Positions 30,930-42,956 of a stretch of 64,000 nt of DNA are shown here, piece after piece. The position numbers and the translations under genes are program-made. The stretch's first letter is position 1; every line of letters starts with the position of its first letter. The stretch is from Epithemia pelagica (lineage: Eukaryota; Protista; Bacillariophyta): NCBI GenBank assembly GCA_946965045.2, contig OX337242.1:1426001-1490000 (forward strand), in the 5' to 3' direction. Under the pieces are notes generated by a model. That model saw only the letters and a list, made by a program, of their open reading frames with translations, was not told the DNA's origin and ran no database searches.

Positions 30930-32386
30930 TTACACGACGCTTTCGGTAGGGGTTTCTGTTGCGTCCTCTTGTCTATTTTTTCCATCGACAGGTACGGATC
31001 CAGATGTTTCTCCATCCAAACAGTCGACGAATTCATCCTGTTCAATGCTTTCAGAAGGCTGCAACAAACCTCGTTCTTCTTCCAATACTTCCACCGCATC
31101 CTCAGAGGGAAAATTTTCCTCTGGATCAACGTTCCGTTCTTTACGTTTCGTCCGGCACATGGAGCAACAGACAGTGACAATCCACACCAACAAAAGGCAC
31201 CAAAAGCCGACTTGGTATAGAAGTTTCGACATATCCACCACAGTGGGACATGACGGATGAATCATGGACGATGAAGACGCACTATTGTTTGCATTGGGAC
31301 CCAGGGCAGCTGGTGGCAAGCAGGGCAGCCCTTCAACGCATCCTCGCTCAATCTTCAACCCGGAAGAGGGAGCATTGGAGTCACCCGAATTCATGGAAAT
31401 GGAAACGGTGTACCTGTCAGAAACAACCATATAGATGCAACAAACAACAACGCACCAAGTCGTCTTTTGAGCATCCAGAACAAAATGACAAGATCAAGGT
31501 GCAAGCTCGCAAAAACTTACGCTCGTTTTGGATCATCTCCGTAACAGAATGGACCGTCAATGGAAAAGCCTAAACGATCTTTTTGATTATGGATGCGCTT
31601 TTGAATCCAAGGCATCCAGTTGTAAGCCGTATTGTGTGTCTTCGGGGCAACCAAGAGTTGATAATCCACTTCCACCACAACCTCTTCCTCGCTGTTGTTG
31701 TTGTTGTTGTTGTTGTTCTTGTTTCGAAATTCAAAGCCATAGAGGGGAAGAATGGGCTCCAAATTTCCATGATCACAGGAGCCTTGATACCTTTCATAGG
31801 CATTGTCACCATGTCGTAAGTCGGCTTGGCGATGGCGTGTTGTATTGACTGCTGTTGTACCCATGACGGCATCCCAATCAAGGAAAAGAGTATTGTTGAC
31901 AGGTTTGTGCCGAGTCAATGATGGAGTGCTATATGTTTGTACATAACGGACTCGATAGCGATCCACAGTGGTGGCATCTAGGTGTTCATTGACCGAGGAT
32001 ATTCCCTCTTTTTGTTTTCTCTGTCGCCTTTTCCAGCCGATGGAAGGCCTTTCTTCAAATTTGTGGATCGTATTCAAGTCGGTTTCGTGGGCGTGGACGT
32101 TGCTAGGCGTACTATCATCAATGTCCTGAGCCAAGACGAGATTGTATGGTCCTATCCATCCTCCGGTATCCATTACTTTCTCGACGCGAAATGGAATGCC
32201 GGCGTGAACATGAAATCCAATATAGTAAAAGGCAGCAACATCACTCCAGTCAGATTGGATATCTTGTATATTTTGACAGGTGAAATCCTCTTTTCGACGG
32301 TGACTGCCAGCGTCAATGCCTTGTCGTTGGCATATACGATTATCTCGTTCGGGGCAGTTTGGCAATTGACATGAGTAGTCTGCCAT
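30930..32386 (-). CDS. Hypothetical single-pass membrane protein (intron 31414-31520; 5' exons up to about 32800 unresolved)
   Basis: The GTAAGT...GACAG intron joins the 289-aa ORF in frame to the ORF with TM LYQVGFWCLLLVWIVTVCC and an acidic tail. Poly-Asn is encoded by an (AAC)n tract near 31700. Confidence 0.6.
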
Positions 32387-33083
32387 GGGATCTGTTGGAT
32401 GGTAAACGTCCGTCCAGTGTGAGGCAGGTGCTCTGTATTAAGGGGACGGGAGCAAGACACGATTTGACTCACCTGGCATGAAATGGACCACAAAGTATGC
32501 CAGTACCTGATAATTCCCAATCGACGCTTTTGTATCAGCCCATATGGTCCAGGTCCCCAGCAAAGATGACAGACGAGTGGCATTCTTTGCTGGCATTTTC
32601 GCTCCCTTTGTTGCGTTATCGGACAGCCAGAGAGAACACAGAGGTGCATTCAGAATGACGAGGACGAGGGACAAAAAGAAAAATGACGGAAACAAAACCC
32701 AGCGTTTTAAATGAAAGATCAGCTCTCTTCTCCCTCCAACCTCCAACCCACAGGTCTCGTAGCTTTGGCCATGGTGAACGTTGTCGTCTCCCAGAAGCAC
32801 ACAACACCTAAAGATTCATGACCAAAATGATAGAACCATAGACTGTCTCGCAAGAACTCAAAGCCATGGCGACTCCTTCTCCCCATTTGCATGGGTCCTA
32901 TTTTCTATTTTCAGAACCAAGAAAGCGATCGACTCATGAGCGATTGCAATAACGATCTGTCGCGCGTCTCAGCTAAAGTCCCGTATATCTTTGCACTCAA
33001 CATCGATCGTGCGACGCTTGTGCTCACATTCCAGCGAATTGGTGAATGTTTGGAAAGTAAGAAGACGAGAGTGTGATGAGACA

Positions 33084-33623
33084 ATGATGACAGTCAAAAG
33101 GTTCACAACCTTCATAATTCAAGTGATTTTGGTCCTTTGCAAAATGAATCCTGCATCAGCGTCAACGCAAATTGCCAGCTCTGACACCAGTTCGAACGAG
33201 AACCCTCTTATTGGCAACTACAAGCTGGAGCACATTGTCTATGTCAATGGCACGGATGTTCATCTTCCCAGTGGTTACACTGTCAGTATTTCCAGTGTGG
33301 AAAATAAAAACGTCAATCCCCTCTTACGTCAAGAATTCATATTTCGACTCAACATCAAGGTTGGGAACATGATTGGTGGAAGACTGACGCTACAAGAAAT
33401 GGAACACTTGCAAACACAAGAAAACGATGGCATCCAAGAGCGTGAGGAGTTTGCGGCAAGTGTGAGTCAACTTTTTTCCACCAAAATGATGGTTCCTCCG
33501 GATATCGGTCTGGTGGAAAAGGCTCTGCACGAGATCTTGCCCACAACAGACACTTTATCTGTTGATGGAAATATTGTCACGTTCCATGGCATGGAAGGTC
33601 ACGTTTCTGTAAGACGTGATTGA
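33084..33623 (+). CDS. Secreted META/HslJ-like domain protein
   Basis: Signal peptide, then the GNYKL, KVGNMIGG, STKMM..P....E and LSVDGNIVTF pattern typical of META domains. Confidence 0.6.
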   Translation: MMTVKRFTTFIIQVILVLCKMNPASASTQIASSDTSSNENPLIGNYKLEHIVYVNGTDVHLPSGYTVSISSVENKNVNPLLRQEFIFRLNIKVGNMIGGRLTLQEMEHLQTQENDGIQEREEFAASVSQLFSTKMMVPPDIGLVEKALHEILPTTDTLSVDGNIVTFHGMEGHVSVRRD

Positions 33624-33739
33624 TCCGTACCGACATAACGCAATACATCGAGCATGTTTCTAGTAAGATACCAAGTGATGCGGAGAAAAGCTAATACTTA
33701 TTTGTCCTTTGGTCTTCTGCGTACAAGGAGACACGTTTG

Positions 33740-34843
33740 CTATACAGTCCTTGCATTTTGAGGAATTTGTTCTATTTGATCCATTGTTAGTTCACGACAT
33801 CGACGATGAAATCTCCACATGACCCATGCGTGAACCATCGACTGGCTTCCAAGATAAATCCCCGTGCGAATGACATTGGCCGGTGCCCTGCCGACTACAA
33901 ATGGACGATAACCCACCAGTTCAGAGCGAATGCTACATTGAACATTCGTATCGCTCTCGCTCGCTTCATGGACAGATGTTTTCTTGAGTACAAAAACTAC
34001 CTTTCCCAATCCTTCTTTCATCCGAGTAGTTTCTGGTGCAGTCAGCAAGCCACCAGTGATTGGAAACGACCACACGCACTGGGTTGATGTACAACCTTTT
34101 ACATTTGATTTCAGAGATGCATGTCGCGTGGATGATACTTCGTCCGTTCTCTCCGTGAAACGAGTTCCAGTTGGTTTTCCAAGCCGTAACAGGGCAAGTC
34201 CAATGAAACGATCTCGAACTTCAATAGATTGGTCCTCCAAAACAGCTGCTTTCAGAAACCCTAACGTGACCTTCCCTGTGCAAAGCCACGGGACGTAACT
34301 TGTGAATAAATTCTTTGATAAACGAAGCATGTCAATGTCTTTTGTCGACGATAGGGCTTGGTGCAGCGGAGACCCATGGGGTACGTTGGATGATTCACTC
34401 GCAGAGGCCAGTGCTGTGGTTCGATTTACCAGAGCTTGCCATACAAAAGCAGGTGGTGTAGATTTCCACAACCGGACTGGACCAATCTTCATGATACTTT
34501 GGTTTCCCAAATGTGGTGAAGTGGCGGCTTGTTGTACAGTTCTTCGAAACATTGTGGATGTCGACGCGTCCCTGTGTGTTGTCGATGAAGTCGGCGTTGG
34601 TAGGATTAATAAGAGAACAACCAATACAGCACCAGTGACGAACAGACTCCAAAACTGGGACTGTTTCTCAAGAAGATGTGATCTCATCTTCAATCGCGCA
34701 ATATAGCCGAGACCCATCATTGATCGAAAGATTATTTTTGGGATCGCTGATGGGGTGATTGGTCGGGTCCTATGTCCTCCTGAAGAACGGGGTAGCTCAA
34801 GATGAGCGGGATAGCCATGGCTATGTTTCCTACTCATGACCAT
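33740..34843 (-). CDS. Hypothetical type-II membrane protein
   Basis: 367-aa ORF with one N-proximal TM (FWSLFVTGAVLVVLLLIL) and a globular-looking C-terminus. Confidence 0.65.
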   Translation of the reverse strand: MVMSRKHSHGYPAHLELPRSSGGHRTRPITPSAIPKIIFRSMMGLGYIARLKMRSHLLEKQSQFWSLFVTGAVLVVLLLILPTPTSSTTHRDASTSTMFRRTVQQAATSPHLGNQSIMKIGPVRLWKSTPPAFVWQALVNRTTALASASESSNVPHGSPLHQALSSTKDIDMLRLSKNLFTSYVPWLCTGKVTLGFLKAAVLEDQSIEVRDRFIGLALLRLGKPTGTRFTERTDEVSSTRHASLKSNVKGCTSTQCVWSFPITGGLLTAPETTRMKEGLGKVVFVLKKTSVHEASESDTNVQCSIRSELVGYRPFVVGRAPANVIRTGIYLGSQSMVHAWVMWRFHRRCRELTMDQIEQIPQNARTV

Positions 34844-34986
34844 GATGGGAACCCTTTGATGAAAAGTGAAATGCCACGTTCGTACAAGACGTAGAAGAAA
34901 GAGGATACATGGACAAAGAGTAATTTGCTGACATCGATTCGAAGGCTAGTAGTATCGCACAATTCCTTAGTGATAAAGTTCCAGGA

Positions 34987-35139
34987 TTGTCCTTGGGATA
35001 AATCCCGTCAGGACACGAGGAATTGCCTGAACGATATCCTGAACAACCTCCAATACATAAAGCGACAAGATATGTGTCAGACAGAAAAGAGCCAGCATTG
35101 TCCTTGGGACAAATCCAGTCAGGATACGAGAAATTGCCT
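34987..35139 (+). repeat. Two imperfect 42-bp direct repeats (34987-35028, 35098-35139)
   Basis: TTGTCCTTGGGA(T/C)AAATCC(C/A)GTCAGGA(C/T)ACGAG(G/A)AATTGCCT, 4 mismatches. Confidence 0.85.
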
Positions 35140-35397
35140 ACTATAAGACATGCCTTCGTAAGTAAACTCTATGTTTAAAGGACAGACGGCATCCATCAAA
35201 AGGATGGTCTAAACATTGGTCTTGCTGGATACAACAGGAAGACAGATCGACAAGGATCCACCAAACGTAACATTGAGATAGAAGAAAACCCCCGTGGTGG
35301 CACAAATCCCCTTTCTGCACCAAATTTGAGGTACCATTATAGAAATGGATCGCGAAGAACGTTAGAACGACACACAGTTCATGAATTCCCATTTTCA

Positions 35398-36485
35398 CTA
35401 CATGTAAGAAGATGATGTCCCCTCAGGTGCACCAGCGTACTCTCTCGAGTCCTGAACGGATGCTCCGGATTCATGAGTCACCATGCTTTCAGTTCCGGAA
35501 GTTGGAGAATTATCCAGTAATGTTGCCAACATTCCTTGCTGTTCTGCGTACGCAAGCAAATCCTCTGGAAGCATTTCTTCGAGTGTCTCGCGGTTAGTCT
35601 TGTGCCTGTCAGGAAAGCAAAGCTTGTGAGAAACTCGATCGTTGCATATCTAGACATTCCTCCAACTTACATGTCGAGTCTTTTAAGAATCGTGTTGTCA
35701 TCGTTGATCTCAAAAGGCTGAGAAAAATCAAACATGACATCAGTAAGGTCTCGAGACATATTACACTGAATCACAGCCGAAGAGTTCGTGTTGACGACGA
35801 TGAAAGGGAGGGGGATTTTGTGATCTTTGCTCTTTTCTTCACCGGATACTGGACGCTCAATGTTATGGGCAACCAAATTCCGAAAGCAGACTTGTTGGAC
35901 CAACAATTCTCTCAAGGCTTCTCTTTTGGTTTCTACCTCCTGGCGAAGAAATTCTTTCTCGCGTTGTAGCATATCTAGATCAGCATGAGCGCTTGTCGGT
36001 AATCCTTTCCAGCTGATTGCTTTCTTTTCCTTGGTGATTATATCCATTGCCATCAGAACGTTGAGTGCATCGTATACCCGACGTCGTATGTTCTTCTCAT
36101 CAAATTTGGAGCTCGGGTCCTCTTTTCGTCGTTCGGCAACAACGTGTTGGACAAGCTCATCTGCCACTTCATTGTAAGTTGTCACTCCTTTTTCTTCCAC
36201 CTTCTTGCAAACCATGAGGCTGAAATGACGGAGGCCTCGGTATGGCTTTGAATTGGATCCTGGAGGTAACGATCCCATTCCTGATGACGGACGGCTTGAT
36301 GATGAGTTCAAAGCAGTCTTTTTGGAAGGAGGCGGATGCAGCATGTGATGGCCTTGTGACGTTGGTGTGCCTGATCGATGATCCCCGTGGCTACCAACCG
36401 AAATGACTGAAGAGGGTGTTGCGTCCATTGGCGGAGGACGCTTGCGAGCGCCTGGAGGAGGGTGGTCGCATGGATAGCTTGACAT
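35398..36485 (-). CDS. DP: E2F dimerisation partner (DP) transcription factor; intron 35606-35670
   Basis: GLRHFS..VC.KVEEKG.TTYNEVADELV, DEKNIRRRVYDALNVLMAMDII and FEINDDNTILK motifs. Confidence 0.95.
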
Positions 36486-37498
36486 GACGACAAGTGCAAC
36501 AGCTCCCGTGGATCCAAGTAAACAGAAAAACGACTTCTCTTAAACGACGCAACAAACGAGTGAATACAAAATTGACCCCGAAATAATCTCACGACTCTGT
36601 AGCAAAAGAATGGGTACAACTTCTGGTGCCGTGGGGATTGAACGCAACTTTTAGCGCAGCATTTTTTGTCAACGGCGTTCACAACACGTTTGCTCTCTTG
36701 GCCTGCGTACTGAGATCCATACTTTGCAACAGACTCGAGCATACTCGGTTTACGTGCATCCACATGGATTTCCCCGTCCGTTCGACTAGTCGTCGGAATA
36801 TCTTTGCAAGCCTGCCATTATCAACGGAGATCCGTTTCCATGAATTCCAACCAAACGACGAGTATGGCCAAAAATTTTCTGGCGCACGTCCCACGAGGTT
36901 CTCGATCCGCCATGCCATTCCCGTTGCCGACAACCGAAGTTAACTGACAGAATCGAGAGTGTCTGTAGAAATAACCATTGCTGCACAAAAGTGTTGGATG
37001 ATAGCTGGACTGTCAATGTCAGTCAGAAATTAGTTTGTTTACAGACAATTCCATAATGGCACGTACAGAAAGCTAAACAAGATCACCCGGGGTGACCGAT
37101 CCTGTCCCACAAATTCGAAATTCGAAACAACGATCAGGCGTCGCAGTCACAAGCAGGATAAGAGCAGTGCAACCAGATTCACCTCTGGCCTCTGGGTGTT
37201 GCACACCAGCAAGAAAGGGACAGTTGCATCACGCGGGAAGGTCCATGAAACACGCATCGTGAAGGCGGAACAGAAAAGACACGGGAACAATAAAGAGACA
37301 CTGACACTGCGTGCTCAGATCTAGATAGTTCGTGACTTAACACTTTTAAATTGAATAAAGGAGTACATAATCAGAATGTGTACGAAAAGAAGGTGGGTTG
37401 ACATGGTCACGTTACAAGATGTCAGTAAAGGCGGGCTCTGTCGGGGTAGGCAACTGGGAAGCAAATAAGCTGGGTCGACAGTTCCATATCTTTCAACG

Positions 37499-39202
37499 CT
37501 ACAGGACACTTCTTCTCAACCGCCGAGGAGGTTGTCTGGGAGGGTCGTCCGATTGTGTGCTGCTGCCATCACTGGTGTCGTCATCGGTTGACTCGTCGTT
37601 GTCGGCGCTGAAATTGGAAGAAGCGTGATCAGATGCCAAAATCGAGGTGTCATAGCTTGCCTTGTCTGATCCACTTCCCAACAAAGGACCATCCATATCC
37701 AAGGCTATGAACAGACAACAGGGAGGGGAAAGTTAGTGAAGAAACAAACAGTACACAGATCTCGTGTCTCGTACTCACCTGAATCCTCCGTTTCAGCAAA
37801 TGTGCCTGATACAATGAAGGAGGGTGATTGGGAATCAGTAGATTTGCCTTCATCGAAGAAATGACTTGCACTGCTGGTACTTCTATCAGTAGTAGCTGCG
37901 TCATCACTGCTGTACTCAGTCTTATTTACTTCGGATTTCTCAATTTCAGTGGGTGGGCCCATATTTCTCCAAGTATTGCTCAGCATGTTGAACTGATGTT
38001 CTTCTTTCTCCGAGGAGGATTTGCTACTTATACCGGAATCATCTGACGAAGGAGACAAAGAGAGCAATCTACGGCTGTGCTTGTTTCGAATCTGACCGAA
38101 ACTCCCTTGTTTCCGACGCCACATCATGAACACAATTACAGCACCAAGAACCACACTTCCTCCCATAACCAGAAATGGCCACACTGGCCAATCGCGCGCA
38201 GGACTACCGCCGTCGTTGTCATCGCCTGCATTATTTGGTCGTCCGGGCACATCAACTGGTTCAGAGGGTTTAGGGTCGCCGCCGCCAAAGTAAACATGAT
38301 AGTCTGGTTCAGGAGCTAGGTACTGGACATTCATCAGGTTAGAATGCGCTTTGTCAAGAAAGTTTTGATCATTCATGATGGTTCTTATTGCTTCTTGAGC
38401 CAGTGCGACTGCTTCATCAATGTCGCCATTGCGGCCAGTAATCGTGATCCCACCAATGAGCTTGAAGCATCTCACGGCACCCGGGATAAATTCCGGGCTT
38501 TCGCACAACACTTTGGTCGGCATGCAAAAGAACCAAAGTGTTCGATTAGCGCTAGCGTCCCGCGGTTGTTGGAATAAAATAGAGTCACTTACCGCCGTCG
38601 TGTCCCTTCAGAATTGTGTCCTTTGGCTGCTGTAACAACCCAGTTACTTCAGCTTGATTGGACAAAACCAGAGGCTGGAATTGCAGAAGGTGCCTCCTTC
38701 CCCTTGTCCCTCCAACAGACATTTGACTAGCAATCAAGGGATCATCGCTTTCGTCGCACACTGTAGTATTAAGCAACACACTCATTAATTTCGCCGAGAG
38801 CTGTTTCTCAATTTCGGGAACAACGTATTTATGAACGTTCGATACAGTCATTTCTAGGGCTCCTTGGATCTGATAGGTCCATGCGACCAAAGCTGCGTCC
38901 GTGTAGGTAGGTTCGGAATAAAAGTCACCGTATTGGTCCGGTCTTACACAATCTGGAAACGAGTCCTCATTGCTCTGGTCATTTCCGCCTCCATTCAAGT
39001 TCTCAAAAAGATCAAAAGAAGTATCTCCCCCTGGGTCTTGTGCCGACAACGAACGTCTTCTCCAGATTGCTGTTCCTCGAACGTTCGCACGATCAACGCT
39101 ATTGATGGCAGCAACAAAGGTGCAGGACAAAATGAAAAATGTGAACCATGTTGAAACTAAAACAGAAATCCGGCTGTTAGTTTTCCGCGAGGACGCGAAC
39201 AT
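37499..39202 (-). CDS. Diatom-type secreted single-pass membrane protein with basic processing-like sites; exons 38593-39202, 37779-38510, 37499-37704
   Basis: Signal peptide, RRRSL and RGRRHLL sites, Cys-containing ectodomain, TM WPFLVMGGSVVLGAVIVFMMW. Both introns are canonical and frame-preserving. Confidence 0.8.
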
Positions 39203-40015
39203 GGTTGTGGATTGATTAACAGTAACTTGGTTGATGTGGATCGTTTAATCGTCCATCCAAGACAACGGGCTCCTCCCAGTTGATGGTCAACAGCTACTTT
39301 CGCTTGTCTGCATCGACAAGACGCCACAGGACCCTCACAAATCAAACGCGACATGAATCGCGTTGCGACTGTCACTCCTCGCGCACCTCAGGGCGGGAAA
39401 AATCTCTTGCGGGACCAAATTCATGCTCAATTCAAAATAAACGGATATGAAGACACTAATTCAGGTCCGTTGGAATTTTCTTTCTATCGTGTCTAATAGG
39501 ACACGCAGTGTCTCTGAACAAGGATTTATATCGAACACACGATATAACCGTATTTAAACCTCCATATGCGTTATCGCTTGAAGGATAAGCGGTAAGAGTG
39601 ATAGGTAATTTCGAACTGAAATTGAGCATTTCCTATTGGATTACGTACCGTATCATTCATTGTGTATTTTATCCGCCTCGGCGATCTTGAATCTCCATTG
39701 CATAATTGGCATGGTCCCCAATTTTCGATCAACGTCTATGTATTCATCATTGTGGCAGTGCGCTGAAAAAGACACGCGGGAGTCGGCGGTCCACCCTCCA
39801 CACAAAAACCCAAACCCTCAACAACAGTCCCCCTCAATTTTAGAACTGGGGGCATCAAAACATCTCGGAAAAAAATCCTTCTGTTGACGGATGACGGCGG
39901 CCATGGACATAATGCAACAACGCGTTTATCAGCAGTGAGAATGGAGGACTCCTGCCGTGAGAAATAAAAAAGCGCAGAGTTATTGTGGGTGCATCGAAGC
40001 GAAATAGAAGTCGAG

Positions 40016-41443
40016 ATGAGAGGAAGAAAACATGGTCCGAACGGCCAACGCACGGATCAAAGGATGGAAGATAGAGAAGGGATCAAGAGAGATCCAACGA
40101 AGCGACAACACCGCATTGCCATGGTGTGTGATTTCTTTCATCCTCGTTTGGGAGGAGTTGAAAATCATATTTGGAGTTTATCGCACCATTTGCTTCGAAA
40201 AGGTCACAAAGTTATTGTCGTCACCCATGCCTATGGGAAAGAATACAAAGGTGTTCGATACTTCGAAGGCGGGTCGTCGAAATCATCACCTCTCAAGGTC
40301 TACTACTGTCCAATATTGCCCTTGGTCGATCAAGATTGTCTCCCCACCTTTACTGCATCTCTACCACTGCTTCGGTGGATTTTCATTCGAGAAAGGATTG
40401 AGATTGTCCACGGTCACCAAGCAACTAGTTGCCTTGCCAATGAATCAATGGCTTACGCAAATGTTCTGGGTCTCAAAAGCGTATACACTGATCATAGTTT
40501 GTTTGGATTTGATGATGTGGCAGGTGTTATTTTGAATCGAGTCCTTCAGACGACTCTTTGCACAGTCGATGCAGCCATCGCTGTGTCTTATGCGTGTCGA
40601 GACAATCTTGTTCTGAGAACAAGTAATGCACTTGCTCCTGAACAAGTTACTGTGATTCCGAACGCCATAGACCCGTCAAAGTTCGTCCCAGATCCATCAA
40701 TGCGGCCGCAGGGCAGAGTACAAATTGTCGTTGTATCCAGATTGGTGTACCGAAAAGGGGTGGATTTGCTGGTGGGGATAATACCTAGGATATGTCGGGA
40801 GCTGCCGGAAGTCGACTTTCTGATCGGGGGAGATGGTTCAAAATTACTTGCGCTGCAAGAAATGGTCGAAGGAGAACGATTGGAAGAAAGAGTGACATTT
40901 TTGGGAGCCGTTCCTCATAAGAATGTGCGCGATGTGTTAGTCCAAGGCCATATCTTTTTGAACTGCTCTCTGACGGAATCATTCTGCATAGCCATTCTGG
41001 AAGCCGCAAGCTGCGGTCTTCTTGTTGTGTCGACAAATGTCGGAGGCGTTCCTGAAGTGTTGCCATCACCAAGTATGGCGCGCCTGGCGAATCCAGATGT
41101 GACGTCAATGGTCAAAGAGCTTATGTCAGCCGTCTCGCAACAAGAACGTAATCCACTTGACCCTTGGCAACTTCACCAAAATATTCGTTCGATGTATTCT
41201 TGGGACCGCGTTGCAACAGAGACCGGATCTGTCTACGATCGAATTTCCGAAACCGCAGATCATAATGGTGAATTCGGGTGCGAGAAGCCGTTTTCTTTGT
41301 GGAACCATATTACTCACTACTTCTTCGCTCTTGGTGGTGGAATTGCTGGAGGCGTGGCTGCGGTCACTGCCTTTCTCCTTTATGCGTGGCTTTGTGTTTT
41401 AAGGCGTCTTCAACCGAAGGAGCGAATTGAGGTTCTGGCCTGA
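40016..41443 (+). CDS. PIGA: Phosphatidylinositol N-acetylglucosaminyltransferase subunit A (GPI anchor biosynthesis, GT4)
   Basis: MVCDFFHPRLGGVENHI, VYTDHSLFGF, SRLVYRKGVDLL and FLNCSLTESFCIAILEAASCGL motifs; C-terminal TM. The start codon (40016 or 40121) is uncertain. Confidence 0.95.
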   Translation: MRGRKHGPNGQRTDQRMEDREGIKRDPTKRQHRIAMVCDFFHPRLGGVENHIWSLSHHLLRKGHKVIVVTHAYGKEYKGVRYFEGGSSKSSPLKVYYCPILPLVDQDCLPTFTASLPLLRWIFIRERIEIVHGHQATSCLANESMAYANVLGLKSVYTDHSLFGFDDVAGVILNRVLQTTLCTVDAAIAVSYACRDNLVLRTSNALAPEQVTVIPNAIDPSKFVPDPSMRPQGRVQIVVVSRLVYRKGVDLLVGIIPRICRELPEVDFLIGGDGSKLLALQEMVEGERLEERVTFLGAVPHKNVRDVLVQGHIFLNCSLTESFCIAILEAASCGLLVVSTNVGGVPEVLPSPSMARLANPDVTSMVKELMSAVSQQERNPLDPWQLHQNIRSMYSWDRVATETGSVYDRISETADHNGEFGCEKPFSLWNHITHYFFALGGGIAGGVAAVTAFLLYAWLCVLRRLQPKERIEVLA

Positions 41444-41713
41444 TGTTGCATGGAGGAAACGAGCAGTAACCACAGTTGGTGACAAGTAACAAGTGCTGTA
41501 GAACTTATAGATTGGATTGTATTTCAATTGGAAAGAACGAAAAGACTCAGAGACCTAGGTGGGAGTAGGAGTAGTAGTCCTAGGGTGGTTCCTTTGTCTC
41601 TTGGGTGGTGCAGTGCGTAAGGTACTCCTAGCAACGATAGTTTTTGTCGTTACTCGATCTCTCTTTGTCCGTATCAACGCAGGATCACCTCTTGTCTCAG
41701 TGTGGTGTTACAA

Positions 41714-42841
41714 ATGTTGAAACGGAGGAGTCATCTGGCTCTTTCCACTATTCTGACATTCTCTTGGAAAGGAGGATTAACCTACGCCTTTTGTGAGCGT
41801 GGTGTAGATGGATCTATCACTCAACATCGAGCTTTATTCTCGACGAAATTGACCCGGCAATGGTTGTCAAGTGATAGCGCCACCCAGTTTTCCATAGCAG
41901 AGCAACGCAAACACATCCAGGACGCACTATATCGAATTCAGCGTGTCAATCACATGCCACAAGATGTTTCCGACTCATTGATTCCGTTCAGAGTGAACAA
42001 TGTTCTTCTTGGCAAAGTCAGACCGGCAATTGCAAATTTATTTACTTCCACCTTGGATCAAGGAAATCATGTTTTTCAGCTTGAAGATGATTCCGACCAA
42101 CAATTCCTCACCTTGAATGACAGTTGTGGTTCCACATGCGCGGAGCGCACTGCAGCCGTAGCTGTTGTCACAGAAGAACTTCGCAACCGAGGGGTAATTC
42201 ATGGTTGGCGAGATGAACTCTACCCTGTTGCTTCATCTTTTTACGATGAACCTGTTTTTCTCATGGAGCGCGCAGCAGTTAGTTTTCTGGGCATCCTCGA
42301 ATACGGGGTGCATATAAATGGATTAGTGCGAAAACAAGGCGCTATGGAAAATGTTGATGTCAAAATGTGGATGGCACGACGCTCGGCCACCAAATCAAAG
42401 TATCCAGGGATGCTAGATCACATTGTTGCTGGCGGACAGCCGGCTGGCATATCTCTTATGGACAATGTCATCAAGGAGTGTCTGGAGGAAGCCGGTATAC
42501 CAGAAAGTTTGGCCACTGCAGGCGTGTCCTCCGCAGGAGCGATCAGCTACGAAACCTACAGCGAGAGATCTGACACAATTTCTCGAAATATTTTATTCTG
42601 CTTCGATCTTCATCTTCCGGAGTCGTTTCAACCAACTCCTGTGGATGGTGAGGTCCAAGAATTCTTTCTTTGGTCTCTGAAAGACGTGCTGGAGTCCCTT
42701 GATGAAGACTACGCCGATCCTATAAAGCCAAACTGTTACGTTGTCATCATTGATTGGCTGGTTCGCTGTGGACACCTATCTCCCGACGTGCCTGGGTACT
42801 TGGATGTTTTGCGAGGACTTAGAAGTGGTGACTGTCAATGA
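41714..42841 (+). CDS. Nudix hydrolase (NUDT20/YJR142W-like, DUF4743 + Nudix)
   Basis: GWRDELYPV, MERAA...GI.EYGVHING, MWMARRS.TKS.YPGMLDHIVAGG and Nudix box KECLEEAG. Confidence 0.9.
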   Translation: MLKRRSHLALSTILTFSWKGGLTYAFCERGVDGSITQHRALFSTKLTRQWLSSDSATQFSIAEQRKHIQDALYRIQRVNHMPQDVSDSLIPFRVNNVLLGKVRPAIANLFTSTLDQGNHVFQLEDDSDQQFLTLNDSCGSTCAERTAAVAVVTEELRNRGVIHGWRDELYPVASSFYDEPVFLMERAAVSFLGILEYGVHINGLVRKQGAMENVDVKMWMARRSATKSKYPGMLDHIVAGGQPAGISLMDNVIKECLEEAGIPESLATAGVSSAGAISYETYSERSDTISRNILFCFDLHLPESFQPTPVDGEVQEFFLWSLKDVLESLDEDYADPIKPNCYVVIIDWLVRCGHLSPDVPGYLDVLRGLRSGDCQ

Positions 42842-42956
42842 AGGAACGCGAAACTCTAAAAGCTCTAACAAGGGCTTCCTAAAGCAATCACATATTCTAT
42901 CACAGCAAGGGAATTCAGCTCCTTCCAAAGGCAGTGTTTCGATGTCATTAGCTCCA

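Noticed and set aside
31692-31718. (GTT)n microsatellite
   Set aside because: Ordinary coding poly-Asn tract.
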